The notes: generated from the sequence alone by a model not told the origin. Positions 49,036-59,287 are shown, numbered from the stretch's first letter. The stretch is DNA of 64,000 nt from Thermodesulfobacteriota bacterium (GCA_964291405.2 OZ219926.1:3072001-3136000); one strand, 5' to 3'. A program made the numbers and translations.

Positions 49036-50289
49036 GTGAAGGACAGGCAGCCGACCGGCACCGGAGAGAATGCGGCTCCTGACCGGATCGACGACCGCTG
49101 GAATGACAAGTATCCGCATCTCGGGACTGACCCGATTCCTATCGAGCCCTACATCTCTCGTGAGTATTTTGCCTTAGAGCGGGAACGGATCTTTCGGAAT
49201 GTCTGGCTGAACGTTGGCCGGATTGAACACATTCCGAATCCCGGCGATTATGTTGTCGTCTCTCTGCCGGTATGCCGGACCTCGGTCGTGGTCGTTCGCG
49301 GGAAGGACGGTCAGCTCCATGCCTTTCATAATATGTGTTCCCACCGGGGGAATAAGATCGTCTGGGATCAGAGCGGCTCATGTCGGAACTTGACGTGCAA
49401 ATTCCACGGCTGGAGCTATGGCCTGGATGGCAGACTGACATTCATCCCTGACGAGCAACGTTTCTCTGGATTGCAAAAAGACAAACTCGGCCTGACCCCT
49501 GTGGCCGTAGACACCTGGGCGGGCTTCATCTTCATTCATCTTGACCCGCACCCGACCGAAACGCTGCGGGCCTACCTGGCGGAGGTTGTTTCTGAGCTGG
49601 AAGGCTACCCATTCCCTGAGCTTTCGGCGACGCGCTTCTGTTGGCGAACGGAGATTAAAGCTAACTGGAAAATCGCCCAGGACGCCTTTCAAGAGGGTTA
49701 TCACCTCCCGGTGCGCCATAAGGCATCGGCCGCCACCGCCTTTACGAGCGAGACCAACCCGTATTGCCATTTCCTCAGTCTGGACCTTTACGAACGACAT
49801 CGCCGCACCTCGTCGTACGGCAACCTGAACTATCAACCGACTCCGGTAGCGGGCATGGCCTATCAGTTCGGGAGTTCGGTGGTTGTTGATCGCGGTCTTG
49901 CTATGGAAAATCTGCCGGCCGGGGTCAATCCTACCCGACGATCGGACTGGTCCATTGACACTTTTTGGATCTTCCCGAATTTCTCCATTTTTCCGAGCAA
50001 TGGGACCTATCTGACTCACCACTTCTGGCCGATTACCGAAGAGCGGACGATATGGGAAACGCATACCTATTTCCCCAAGGCGGAAAACGCAGGTCAGAAA
50101 TTCAGCCAGGAGTACAGCAAGGTATTGCTCCGCGACATTCTTATGGAAGACGGCACGACGCTCGAACACATGCAGGACGTGTTGGCCTCGGGCGCAAAAA
50201 CCCATATGCCGTTGCAGCACCAGGAAATCTGCGTCCGCCACGCCTATAACGTGGTGGAGGATTATGTTGGGTTCTATGACGGACGGTAG
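49036..50289 (+). CDS. Rieske oxygenase alpha subunit (paralog 3)
   Basis: CSHRG...CKFHGW, EGYHLPVRH and LMED motifs. Confidence 0.92.
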   Translation: MKDRQPTGTGENAAPDRIDDRWNDKYPHLGTDPIPIEPYISREYFALERERIFRNVWLNVGRIEHIPNPGDYVVVSLPVCRTSVVVVRGKDGQLHAFHNMCSHRGNKIVWDQSGSCRNLTCKFHGWSYGLDGRLTFIPDEQRFSGLQKDKLGLTPVAVDTWAGFIFIHLDPHPTETLRAYLAEVVSELEGYPFPELSATRFCWRTEIKANWKIAQDAFQEGYHLPVRHKASAATAFTSETNPYCHFLSLDLYERHRRTSSYGNLNYQPTPVAGMAYQFGSSVVVDRGLAMENLPAGVNPTRRSDWSIDTFWIFPNFSIFPSNGTYLTHHFWPITEERTIWETHTYFPKAENAGQKFSQEYSKVLLRDILMEDGTTLEHMQDVLASGAKTHMPLQHQEICVRHAYNVVEDYVGFYDGR

Positions 50290-50295
50290 CGGAGC

Positions 50296-50628
50296 ATGAC
50301 CATGGCGGAGAGCGACTGGCCCGCGGCGTTCAGCGCACTTCAGCCTTTTCTCGGCTGGGCACTCGCCACTGAGGCCGAACGTACGCAGAAACGTCAGACG
50401 AGCGAGATGGCGGAAATCCAAGCCTTTTACACTGCCATGCTGTCGCACCTGGAGGACATTCTTGTATACCTCAACCAATTCCCTCTGGAGCGCATGCCGC
50501 CTCACGCGCAGCAACTCATGGATATGACTCTCTCGCTCGCCGAGATTGCGCCGGCGGTCGAGCTGTTTGGTCAGCCGCGAGAAGATGATACGTTTGACCC
50601 GTTTCGATTTGTTCCACAACATCAATAA
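50296..50628 (+). CDS. Uncharacterised 110-aa Rieske-associated protein (copy 2)
   Basis: 6 bp after the Rieske stop with a GGAG RBS; paralog of 46746-47072. Confidence 0.85.
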   Translation: MTMAESDWPAAFSALQPFLGWALATEAERTQKRQTSEMAEIQAFYTAMLSHLEDILVYLNQFPLERMPPHAQQLMDMTLSLAEIAPAVELFGQPREDDTFDPFRFVPQHQ

Positions 50629-50639
50629 AGGAGGTCGAT

Positions 50640-51134
50640 ATGATTCGCCCCGAACGGATTGCCCATGTTGTGATTAAGGTGCGCGACCTTGAACGCTCAA
50701 AGAAGTTCTACACCGAAGTGCTGGGAATGCAGGTCATGAAAGACACGCCTGAGATTAAAGGGGTCTTTTTGGCCAATCATACCCGCGACCACCACGAGAT
50801 TGCCCTCTTTCAGATCGGTCCGGATGCCGAGTCGCCCCGACCAGGCCAGACTGGACTCGCTCATATTGCCTTTCGGTTGCGGAGCGAAGAGGAACTCAAA
50901 GCCGCCTATGAAGAACTCAAGGCAAAAGATGTGCCGGTGAACTTCACCGTAAACCACGGGATAACCAAGAGCGTCTACTTCCTCGACCCGGACGGCAACG
51001 AGCTCGAAGTCTACTGCGACAACCCCATAGAAGAATACGCGGGGATGCCCAACGCCTATCTGGGCACGGACAAGCTGGAATTCGCTCAGAACGAGCGCGG
51101 CCTGGTGGACGTGATTGCTTCGCTGCGGCAGTGA
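50640..51134 (+). CDS. VOC/glyoxalase family protein
   Basis: IAHVVIKVRD, HHEIAL, GLAHIAF and SVYFLDPDGNELE motifs. Confidence 0.9.
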   Translation: MIRPERIAHVVIKVRDLERSKKFYTEVLGMQVMKDTPEIKGVFLANHTRDHHEIALFQIGPDAESPRPGQTGLAHIAFRLRSEEELKAAYEELKAKDVPVNFTVNHGITKSVYFLDPDGNELEVYCDNPIEEYAGMPNAYLGTDKLEFAQNERGLVDVIASLRQ

Positions 51135-51141
51135 TTTTTGC

Positions 51142-51243
51142 TTCCCCTCTCCCTGGCTAGGGAGAGGGCCAGGGTGAGGGTCGCGCAGGGCGAGTTCTCT
51201 TTTGACCCCCTCACCTCAATCCTCTCCCCTGAGGGGCGAGGAA
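51142..51243. repeat. Inverted pair of REP-like CCCTCTCCC/GGGAGAGGG elements
   Basis: CCCTCTCCCTGGCTAGGGAGAGGGCCAGGGTGAGGG faces CCCTCACCTCAATCCTCTCCCCTGAGGGGCGAGG. Confidence 0.7.
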
Positions 51244-51293
51244 GAAAAACCATACCTGTCAGTAATTACGATCAGGTATAACTTGGAGTACGC

Positions 51294-52733
51294 ATGGGCA
51301 TTCGGACCGGTGCAGAATATCGAGAAAGTTTGCGGGATGGACGGAGCATTTATGTGAATGGCGAGCGGGTCAAAGATGTGACGACCTATCCGCCATTCCA
51401 AGGTGTGGTGGATACCATTGCCTCGCTGTACGACCTCCAACACGAGCCTGCACACCAGCCCCCGCTGACCTACCCGTCGCCCAAGGATGGCCAACCGGTC
51501 GGGCTCTCCTTTCTGATGGCGGACAACGTTGAAGATGTTGAACGCCGCGTCCGCGCCGAGGAATTTCGGGCTGAGGTGACCTGTGGCTTGATGGGCCGCA
51601 TGCCGGACTTCATGAACGCTCTGGTGACCGACGCGGCGATTGCTGCGCCGTTTATCGGTCAGCGTGAGTCCCGCTTTGGTGAGAATACCCTTCGCTATTA
51701 CGAAGCCTGTCGGGATCAGGACTGGTGCCTGACCCACACCTTGGTTGATCCCCAGATCGACCGCTCAAAAGGACCAGCGGAACAAAGCGATCCCGAGGCA
51801 GCCTTGCATGTGGTGCGCGAGACGGACAACGGCATCGTGGTCAGTGGCGCCCGGATGCTTTCCACGCTCGCCCCTTTTTCCAACGAACTCTGGGTGGGGC
51901 CGTTCTATCCGCGTAAGCCGGGAGAAGAAGCCTATACTCTCTGCTTCGCCGTTCCCATGGATACTCCGGGTCTCAAGTTTATCTGTCGTGAGGCCTATAA
52001 CACGGGCAGGAGTCGGTTTGATCGCCCGTTGTCGTATCGCTTTGATGAAGAAGATGCTCTCGCGATTTTTGATACGGTCGAGGTACCCTGGGAGCGGGTG
52101 TTCATCAACGGTGATATCGAGGCCTCCAACTACATCCTTGGCCGGGCGCCCGGCTACGCCCTACTCCAGGCGGTGATTCGCGGCACCGTCAAGCTCCGTT
52201 TCATGGCCGGGCTGGCCTGTAGCGTGGCCGAGGCAATCGGCCGGACCAAGGCGCAGCACGTCCAAGCCCAGCTCGGCGAGTTGGTGGCCCATGTTGAAAT
52301 TGCGAATGGCCTGCTGCAGGCGGCGGCCCACAATGTTGTCACCAATCATAAAGAGGGCGGCTCGCTTCGTTCGCTTGCGGCCTCGCTGTGGGTGTTTATT
52401 CCTCAGGCGCAGATGCGGGCGGCTGAGGTCATCCGACAGGTCAGCGGCAGCGGGCTGATCATGACCCCAACGGAAGGGGATTTGCAGAACCCGGAGATCG
52501 CGCCCTATCTCGAACGCTATCTCCAGGGCAAAAACCTGCCGGCGCGAAATCGAGTGCAACTCTTCAAGTTGGCCTGGGACATGCTGGGGGAGCAGTTTGG
52601 TAGCCGGCAGTTGCAGTACGAATGGTTCTACGCGGGTGATCCCACGTTTACCCGGTCTCGTTTTTATTACTCACCCGCGGTGAAAGAGTATAAGGCGATG
52701 GTGGAGCGAATCCTGGACGAGGGGAAGAGTTAG
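51294..52733 (+). CDS. 4-hydroxyphenylacetate 3-hydroxylase (HpaB)-family flavin monooxygenase, oxygenase component
   Basis: RTGAEY.ESL.DGR, GRMPDFMN, DPQIDR, RFDEEDA and FGSRQLQYE motifs. Confidence 0.9.
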   Translation: MGIRTGAEYRESLRDGRSIYVNGERVKDVTTYPPFQGVVDTIASLYDLQHEPAHQPPLTYPSPKDGQPVGLSFLMADNVEDVERRVRAEEFRAEVTCGLMGRMPDFMNALVTDAAIAAPFIGQRESRFGENTLRYYEACRDQDWCLTHTLVDPQIDRSKGPAEQSDPEAALHVVRETDNGIVVSGARMLSTLAPFSNELWVGPFYPRKPGEEAYTLCFAVPMDTPGLKFICREAYNTGRSRFDRPLSYRFDEEDALAIFDTVEVPWERVFINGDIEASNYILGRAPGYALLQAVIRGTVKLRFMAGLACSVAEAIGRTKAQHVQAQLGELVAHVEIANGLLQAAAHNVVTNHKEGGSLRSLAASLWVFIPQAQMRAAEVIRQVSGSGLIMTPTEGDLQNPEIAPYLERYLQGKNLPARNRVQLFKLAWDMLGEQFGSRQLQYEWFYAGDPTFTRSRFYYSPAVKEYKAMVERILDEGKS

Positions 52734-52738
52734 ATGCT

Positions 52739-52762
52739 CGGGGCAACCGCGTGGTTGCCCCG
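52739..52762. repeat. GC-rich hairpin between convergent genes (REP-like or terminator)
   Basis: CGGGGCAACC-GCGT-GGTTGCCCCG perfect 10-bp stem. Confidence 0.55.
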
Positions 52763-52784
52763 GTGGAGGGTATGATTCGAGAAA

Positions 52785-53327
52785 CTAGCTGGGCGGATTG
52801 GTGGAAGTGATATCGGGCGTCTCTTCCAATCCGAGCGCGGCAATGGGCGCTTCAAAACGCTCGGTCATGACCGCATCCTCGTCGTGAAAGTCCCGGGTGA
52901 AGCAGCAGTATTCCATCTGCATGCCGTTGGGGTCCTTAAAGTAAATCGACTTGGCCCAGTCGTGATCAACGACTTCTGAGACCTCCACTCCCTTGTCCCG
53001 CAGCTCTTGTTGTTTTTCTTCGAGCGCCGCCTCTGTACCGGCCTCAAAAGCAAAGTGGTAGAACGCACTCGGGACACCGAGCCCCCGGTTGATGCCGGCG
53101 TCGTACTCGACCGGAACACCGGGAATCTCTTTGGCTTCCATAAAAGCGAGCAACTGGTCACGACCCGTATCAAAAAAGATATGCCGAATATGGCCGCCCT
53201 CTTTGATCTTGATGGTGTCGCAGCGAACCGGCTTAAAGCCCAGGATGTCTTCGTAAAACTCACGCGTCTTATCCAAGTCAAGCGTTGACAACCCAATATG
53301 AGAAAAGCCTTTCTTTGTCATGACCAA
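52785..53327 (-). CDS. VOC/glyoxalase family protein
   Basis: FSHIGL, FYEDILG, HFAF and SIYFKDPNG motifs. Confidence 0.88.
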   Translation of the reverse strand: MVMTKKGFSHIGLSTLDLDKTREFYEDILGFKPVRCDTIKIKEGGHIRHIFFDTGRDQLLAFMEAKEIPGVPVEYDAGINRGLGVPSAFYHFAFEAGTEAALEEKQQELRDKGVEVSEVVDHDWAKSIYFKDPNGMQMEYCCFTRDFHDEDAVMTERFEAPIAALGLEETPDITSTNPPS

Positions 53328-53423
53328 ACCCTCCTTTATTCTCTGTGGTCCCGCTACTTTTTTTGGTCTACCACAGCTTCCGCAGGAAAGAAACCAAGAA
53401 AACCGCGCTCTTCGCGCTTCTCA

Positions 53424-53453
53424 TTGACATATTGCGAGCCGGCCGAGTAGGCT
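53424..53453 (+). promoter_or_regulatory. Sigma70-type promoter
   Basis: TTGACA-N18-TAGGCT upstream of the LLM gene. Confidence 0.5.
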
Positions 53454-53481
53454 CTCCTGGCCTGATACTGAGGAGGAAGGT

Positions 53482-54552
53482 ATGGATTTCGGCGTGCTTG
53501 TATTTCCCAAACCGGACCGCTGTGTCGATCACGCCACGTTGGCTGAGGCGCAGGGCTTCAGCCATGTGTGGGTGGAAGACTCGCCCATGATGGCCGGTGA
53601 TGTATATCTCTGCCTGGGGTTGATGGCGCAGCATACCAGCCGAGTCACGCTCGGAACCGGGGTGGCAGTGGTTGGCACGCGTAGCGCGCCTGTGACCGCC
53701 CACGCCATTGCCACCATCAACCAGCTTGCCCCCGGACGAGTCATCCTCGGGCTGGGGACCGGCAATAGCGCACGGCGAGCGATGGGGCTGCCGCCCTGTT
53801 CCCTACGTGAACTGCGCGAGTATATAGCGGCCGTGCGTGGCCTGCTGAGCAACCGGGAGGTGATGTATCAAGAGGGAGCGGAGACGCGCCGGATCAAATT
53901 TTTTCATCAAGACTACGCATTTATTAACACGCGCGAGCCGATTCCCATTTATGTGGCGGCCAACGCCCCCCGGGCCATGCGGCTGGCCGGCGCGTTGGGC
54001 GACGGCTGGCTGACCTCACGGACCAATACGGTCGAAGGCTTTGAGGCGGCCTGGCGCCAGGTCAAGACCGGCATTGAGAAAGCTGGAAAAAATGCGGACA
54101 GTGTCGAGCGTGTGCTCTTTACGACGGCCTGTTTGCTGGGCCCGGACGAAGGTCTGGATTCTGAGCGAGTCAGAGCCCAGGCCGGCCCGTGGGCAACCGT
54201 CGCCTTGCACTCGCTGTACGAAACGCTCAAGGAGCCCGAAGCCGCTCCGGCACCCCTTCGCTCGATTTTTGCCGAATACAAAGCCTTTATGGAGCGCCGT
54301 CTCCAAGACAAGGATGAATACTATTTTGACCTGCACGACGGCCACTGTTTATACGTCCGGGATGAAGAAGCCCAGTTCGTAACGCCCGAAGTCATTCAGG
54401 CGACTACTCTGACGGCCCGACCCGAGGCCTTACTGGAACGGCTCCGCGGTCTGGAGCGAGCGGGAGTCCGACAAGTCACTTTCATTCCGACCTTTGACGC
54501 TTTTGAAGAATTTGTGACAATATTCGGAGAAAAGGTTCTTGCCCATTGGTAA
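53482..54552 (+). CDS. LLM class oxidoreductase (Mer-like)
   Basis: WVEDS, TLGTGV, APGRVILGLGTG and PIYVAAN.P motifs. Confidence 0.87.
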   Translation: MDFGVLVFPKPDRCVDHATLAEAQGFSHVWVEDSPMMAGDVYLCLGLMAQHTSRVTLGTGVAVVGTRSAPVTAHAIATINQLAPGRVILGLGTGNSARRAMGLPPCSLRELREYIAAVRGLLSNREVMYQEGAETRRIKFFHQDYAFINTREPIPIYVAANAPRAMRLAGALGDGWLTSRTNTVEGFEAAWRQVKTGIEKAGKNADSVERVLFTTACLLGPDEGLDSERVRAQAGPWATVALHSLYETLKEPEAAPAPLRSIFAEYKAFMERRLQDKDEYYFDLHDGHCLYVRDEEAQFVTPEVIQATTLTARPEALLERLRGLERAGVRQVTFIPTFDAFEEFVTIFGEKVLAHW

Positions 54553-54660
54553 GGGATACGTTCCTGTCGCCTGCTTGCCCTGGCGGTCGCCCTCCGATAC
54601 AGCAGAGAAAGGTTTGACGCTTCTCCCGTAGCTCTGAATCGTGGGAGAACAGGTAGGACT

Positions 54661-57333
54661 ATGGCCCATTTCGATCCCAAGACTCTTGAAGAAAAAGACC
54701 AGCAGCAGTTTCAGTCCGCGTTGGAGGGACTCTCTCCCACGCAATACTCGACCTTACTCACTGCGTTAACCCGGATAGAGCAGCCCGTTGTCCAATCATG
54801 GTTACAGGAAGAACTCCTCCAGGAATGGACCCAACAGGGTCGGCACGTGAGTGCCACGCTGGACGCGCGTGGGGAAACTCTCACCTCGGCCATGTTCGCG
54901 GCAACTCCTGAGCTTTTGCCGGTATTGTCCCGGCTGGAGATGCTCGAATGGGTCCGTTTTTTGCTGGATATTGAAGCAGTCAGCGGAGAGACCGATTTTG
55001 CACGTTTCCCGGACGGCCTGACTGCCCTGGACCGCTCGGAACGGATCAGCGTCTATCGTCTGGGCCGGTCGGCGGTGTATCATTCGCGCGATGCTGCGGC
55101 GGGCATTTACCACGTTTTACCTCAAGCCCTGGTCACTATCTCGGAGCCACTACGGAATGTGTTGATGCGTTGCCTCCAACCGGTTGCCGCCTTTGATCCG
55201 GAACCCCTGCCGGCTGTAATTCCGTTTCTTGAGCCCACGCTCAAGAGCTTGGCGCCGGACCAGCAACTCTCCGTATTGGAGCGGATTGCCGAACTCGCCC
55301 GGATTTTTCCCGCTGGGATTGCCCGTCTCTTTCGGACCCTGTCCCGCGCGTATGAAGAAGTCGGAGCTGAGGGGGTGTTGACCTGGATTCAAACTGGAGA
55401 AGAGATCGCGCAGCGCAATCCGCACGCCGCGGAAGCCTTTTTCACCCTGGAGTCTCGCACCAGTTTCCAGGTCTTGCGGCACGAGTCGCCGGCCGTGCTG
55501 CTCTCCGAAGTGCATAGCGCGTTGGTGAAGTTTATGCACATGCTGTGTGGGGAAGCGGTCAGTATCCAGGAAATCGGGGAGATATCCTTCCCGCCCCCGT
55601 TTGCGATTGTTGAAGACGAAGATGAGTTCCTGCCCTTGCCGGCCAGCATTGATCTGTTTTCGACTTTTGAGGAAAACTTTCGGCTGTATTGCATGTTTGC
55701 GGCCCATCAGGCGGGGCGGATCGAGTTCGGGACATATGAGCTCTCTATTCTCGACATCTGGTCGCAGGTGCCGTCATTTGTACGGGAACGGGCCGAGGCA
55801 AATGCGCACCCGCCACGGGACCTGGCGGCGTATTGTAAGCTCTTTCCCAAGCCCGAACAGATTGAGGCGTTGTTCATGTTTGTCGAGAGCCAGCGGATCA
55901 ACGCCTGTCTGGCAGAGGTGTATCCCGGGCTGCAAAACGATCTGGCCTGGGCCGCATCACAGACCCGCATCCTGCCGCCCCTGATCCAGTCGATCTTGCC
56001 GTATTTGAACGCAACGCTAAAACCCGGCTGGGAGCACGACGCAACCGTGGCGGGCTGCCTGCTCATGGCCACCGAGCTGTACGCCTCCCTGCCCGAATAC
56101 GCGTCGCAGCTCTCGAGGCAGCAAAAGGACGAGGATGTTCCGACCGGCGCACCGGACAGGATGATGCAAGGGATGGGCGAGCCCGAGCTGTCTGAACGGG
56201 AGCAGGCCATCCTGCAGCGGATTCTTTTGACGCTGCGCCAGCATCAAAAAAAGAAAAAGATTCGCCAGACCCGGCCGGCCTCCATCCACGGAATGCCCCT
56301 GGATGCGCTGGACTCTGAGGAAGACGCAGCCGAACAGGAAGAACGCAAAAAGGAGCAGCTGCGCCGTCGGCATTCCGTCGTGGGAGTCCGCTACGTCTAT
56401 GACGAGTGGGATTTTCTGATCGAAGATTACCGTGCCCGCTGGTGCGAACTCCACGAAGTCCCACTGGCCGGCGACCGAGGTGGCTTCTTTGAGAGTACGC
56501 TCACCCGCTACAGCGAGGTCATTCCCAATATTAAACGGGAGTTTCAACAGCTTCGACCCAAGATGTTCCGTTTGGTCAAGGGGCTGGAAGATGGAGAGGT
56601 GATAGACCTGGACGCGGCGGTGGCGGCTCGGGTTGATCTGCACACCGGGGTTGCGCCGTCCACGCGGCTATACGCGGCCAGACAGCCGCTGGAGCGGGAT
56701 GTTGCCGCGCTCTTTCTCTTGGACCTGAGTGCTTCGACCGATGCCAGGATTCAGAAGGAAGCGGACAACGGAGATAGCGAAACGAGCGGTCTCCGGGTGA
56801 TTGATGTCCTCAAAGAGGCGGTTGTGGTGTTGTCTGCCTCCCTGGAGGAAATCGGCGATGCGTATGCGGTCTACGGCTTTTCCAGCGCTGGGCGGTATAA
56901 CATCGAATTCTATCCGGTCAAAGCGTTTGGTGAGAAGCTGTCGGAGGATGTCAAAGGCCGCATCAGCGGGTTGGAGCCCCAGCGCAGTACGCGTATGGGC
57001 GCTGCCGTTCGACATGCGACCCGTAAACTCAAAGACGTGGCCAGCCGCGCGAAAATTCTGGTCCTCCTCAGCGACGGATTCCCTGAAGACGCGGACTACG
57101 GCAGGGACGAAAACGCGCCGATGTACGGCCTGCGCGATACCATGATGGCCCTGCGTGAAGCCGAGCGCGAGAATATCATGTCGTTCTGTCTAACGATTGA
57201 CAAAGGCGGCCATGATTATCTGCGCGAGATGTGTCCGCCGTCACGCTATATGGTCCTGGAGAATATCCCGTCCCTCCCGTTAGAGTTGCCCAAGATCTAC
57301 CAACGCCATATCCGGATGCAATTGTCCGAATGA
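54661..57333 (+). CDS. NorD/CbbO-like VWA domain protein
   Basis: YDEWD and GEVIDLDA motifs, MIDAS DLSAST, STRMGAAVRH and LSDG. Confidence 0.87.
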   Translation: MAHFDPKTLEEKDQQQFQSALEGLSPTQYSTLLTALTRIEQPVVQSWLQEELLQEWTQQGRHVSATLDARGETLTSAMFAATPELLPVLSRLEMLEWVRFLLDIEAVSGETDFARFPDGLTALDRSERISVYRLGRSAVYHSRDAAAGIYHVLPQALVTISEPLRNVLMRCLQPVAAFDPEPLPAVIPFLEPTLKSLAPDQQLSVLERIAELARIFPAGIARLFRTLSRAYEEVGAEGVLTWIQTGEEIAQRNPHAAEAFFTLESRTSFQVLRHESPAVLLSEVHSALVKFMHMLCGEAVSIQEIGEISFPPPFAIVEDEDEFLPLPASIDLFSTFEENFRLYCMFAAHQAGRIEFGTYELSILDIWSQVPSFVRERAEANAHPPRDLAAYCKLFPKPEQIEALFMFVESQRINACLAEVYPGLQNDLAWAASQTRILPPLIQSILPYLNATLKPGWEHDATVAGCLLMATELYASLPEYASQLSRQQKDEDVPTGAPDRMMQGMGEPELSEREQAILQRILLTLRQHQKKKKIRQTRPASIHGMPLDALDSEEDAAEQEERKKEQLRRRHSVVGVRYVYDEWDFLIEDYRARWCELHEVPLAGDRGGFFESTLTRYSEVIPNIKREFQQLRPKMFRLVKGLEDGEVIDLDAAVAARVDLHTGVAPSTRLYAARQPLERDVAALFLLDLSASTDARIQKEADNGDSETSGLRVIDVLKEAVVVLSASLEEIGDAYAVYGFSSAGRYNIEFYPVKAFGEKLSEDVKGRISGLEPQRSTRMGAAVRHATRKLKDVASRAKILVLLSDGFPEDADYGRDENAPMYGLRDTMMALREAERENIMSFCLTIDKGGHDYLREMCPPSRYMVLENIPSLPLELPKIYQRHIRMQLSE

Positions 57334-57541
57334 CCCCTTCATGCCGTGCTGTTTCGTTTGTCCGCCGTTAAGAGGAAAAATGGGGCAGATATGGAAGAAT
57401 TCGCTGGAAAACCGGAAAAAACGGTCAAAAAATTCCCAAAAGTCTTGTAACCTGCCAGTTTTAGCAGTATGGGTCCAATAAGCTCCGATCAAATCCATAA
57501 GGATCGCGAGCAAAAATTCCAATTCCTAAAGGAGGGGCGTT

Positions 57542-59236
57542 ATGCCGGAATATGATCTCGTGATCAAAGATGGAATGGTCATCGATGGGACGCGACTACC
57601 GCGCTATCGAGGTGACATTGGTGTGAAAGACGGCAAGATTGCCAAGATCGGTCGCCTGCAATCGCATCAGGGAACGAAAACCTTGGACGCGGAAGGGCAT
57701 ATGGTAGTACCGGGTTTTATCGATCTGCACACCCATTACGACGCACAGTTGTTTTGGGACCCGTATCTGACGATCTCCGGCTGGCATGGCATTACCTCCG
57801 TAGTGATTGGTAACTGCGGATTTGGTTTTGCACCCGTACAGCCCGAGGATCAGGAGCGGGCTATGCGTACCATGACCCGGACGGAAGCGATTCCGTACGA
57901 GTCGATGAAGGCCGGGATGCCCTGGGACTGGGTCACCTTCCCGGAATTCCTGGACAGCGTCGAGCGCACGCCCAAAGGGCTCAACATCCTGCCGTATATA
58001 CCCATTGCACCCCTGATGGTGTGGGTGATGGGACGCGAGGAGGCGAAGTCGGGCCGGATGCCGACGGACGATGAACACCGGGAGATGGTACGACTCCTGC
58101 ACGAAGGCATGGACGCGGGTGGTTGTGGCTGGTCGGCTCAACGTTTTGGGGAAGACAGCGTACAGTGTGACTATGACGGCACGCCCATGCCGACGGATAT
58201 CATGCACAACGAAACCTGTCTGGAACTCGCCAAGGTGTTAGGTGACCGCAACGAAGGCTTCATCCAGATGTCGCTCATCCCCAGTGTGGCGCCGATGGAA
58301 GTGATTGAAAGCCACTACGAAGAACTGGCCCAGGTGAGTGGGCGGCCGATTCTGTATAACGTCATCCAGGTCCAGGACGCCGACCCGAGCCGTCACCGGA
58401 ATCTGTTATCCTGGGTCGAACGCTGCCGCCAAAAGGGTCTGCGCATCTACGGCCAGACAATCTCAACCGACGCCGGTTTTACCTTTACCTTCACTGACTG
58501 GAATTTGTGGGACGACGATCCGGCCTGGCGGGAGGCGACGCTGGGGACGGTGGAAGAACGGAAGGCGAAGTTGGCAGACCCGACCCGCCGACCGGCCCTC
58601 AAGAACGACCCCACCGGCGCGGTCACCAGCTCGTTTGACGATGTCATTATTCTTGATGTAAAGCGCGCAGACATGAAGCATCTGGAGAACCTGACCCTGC
58701 GTGAAGCGGGTGAGAAGGAAGGTAAGCATCCCGTGGATGCCATGCTCGACCTGGCCCTGGCCGATAACATGGAGACGACCTTCTTCACCCCGTCCGTGGG
58801 CTCGAAGGATGAATACCTCCAGGAACTCGTCACCCCAGACTCCTCGATACTGGGGGTCTCGGATGGTGGCGCCCACACCAAGTTCTTCTGTGGTGGACGC
58901 TATTCAACGGAAGCGATTACGCGGATAGTCCGTGAGCTGAATATCATGAGCCTGGAAGAGGTCCACTGGCGGCTGAGTGCTATGCCGGCGGCCTGCGCGG
59001 GCTTTAGGGACCGTGGTGTGCTGCGCGAAGGCGCGCCGGCCGATATCGTGGTCTATGACTACGACAACCTGGAAACCTTACCGATGGAAGTGGCCCACGA
59101 TCTGCCGGGCAAGGAATGGCGGCGGGTGCAAAAGGCCAAAGGTTACCGGGCGGTTCTGGTGAACGGCGAGATGACGCTGGAGAATGACCAGAACACGGGT
59201 AATATTCCTGGCAAGTTGCTCCGGCACGGTGCCTAG
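57542..59236 (+). CDS. N-acyl-D-amino-acid deacylase family amidohydrolase (copy 1)
   Basis: PGFIDLHTHYD, GNCG and SDGGAH motifs. Confidence 0.9.
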   Translation: MPEYDLVIKDGMVIDGTRLPRYRGDIGVKDGKIAKIGRLQSHQGTKTLDAEGHMVVPGFIDLHTHYDAQLFWDPYLTISGWHGITSVVIGNCGFGFAPVQPEDQERAMRTMTRTEAIPYESMKAGMPWDWVTFPEFLDSVERTPKGLNILPYIPIAPLMVWVMGREEAKSGRMPTDDEHREMVRLLHEGMDAGGCGWSAQRFGEDSVQCDYDGTPMPTDIMHNETCLELAKVLGDRNEGFIQMSLIPSVAPMEVIESHYEELAQVSGRPILYNVIQVQDADPSRHRNLLSWVERCRQKGLRIYGQTISTDAGFTFTFTDWNLWDDDPAWREATLGTVEERKAKLADPTRRPALKNDPTGAVTSSFDDVIILDVKRADMKHLENLTLREAGEKEGKHPVDAMLDLALADNMETTFFTPSVGSKDEYLQELVTPDSSILGVSDGGAHTKFFCGGRYSTEAITRIVRELNIMSLEEVHWRLSAMPAACAGFRDRGVLREGAPADIVVYDYDNLETLPMEVAHDLPGKEWRRVQKAKGYRAVLVNGEMTLENDQNTGNIPGKLLRHGA

Positions 59237-59287
59237 GAAAACAAGACCAAGCCTGGGGCCACGGCTCTAGGCTGAGAGCTGACGGAG

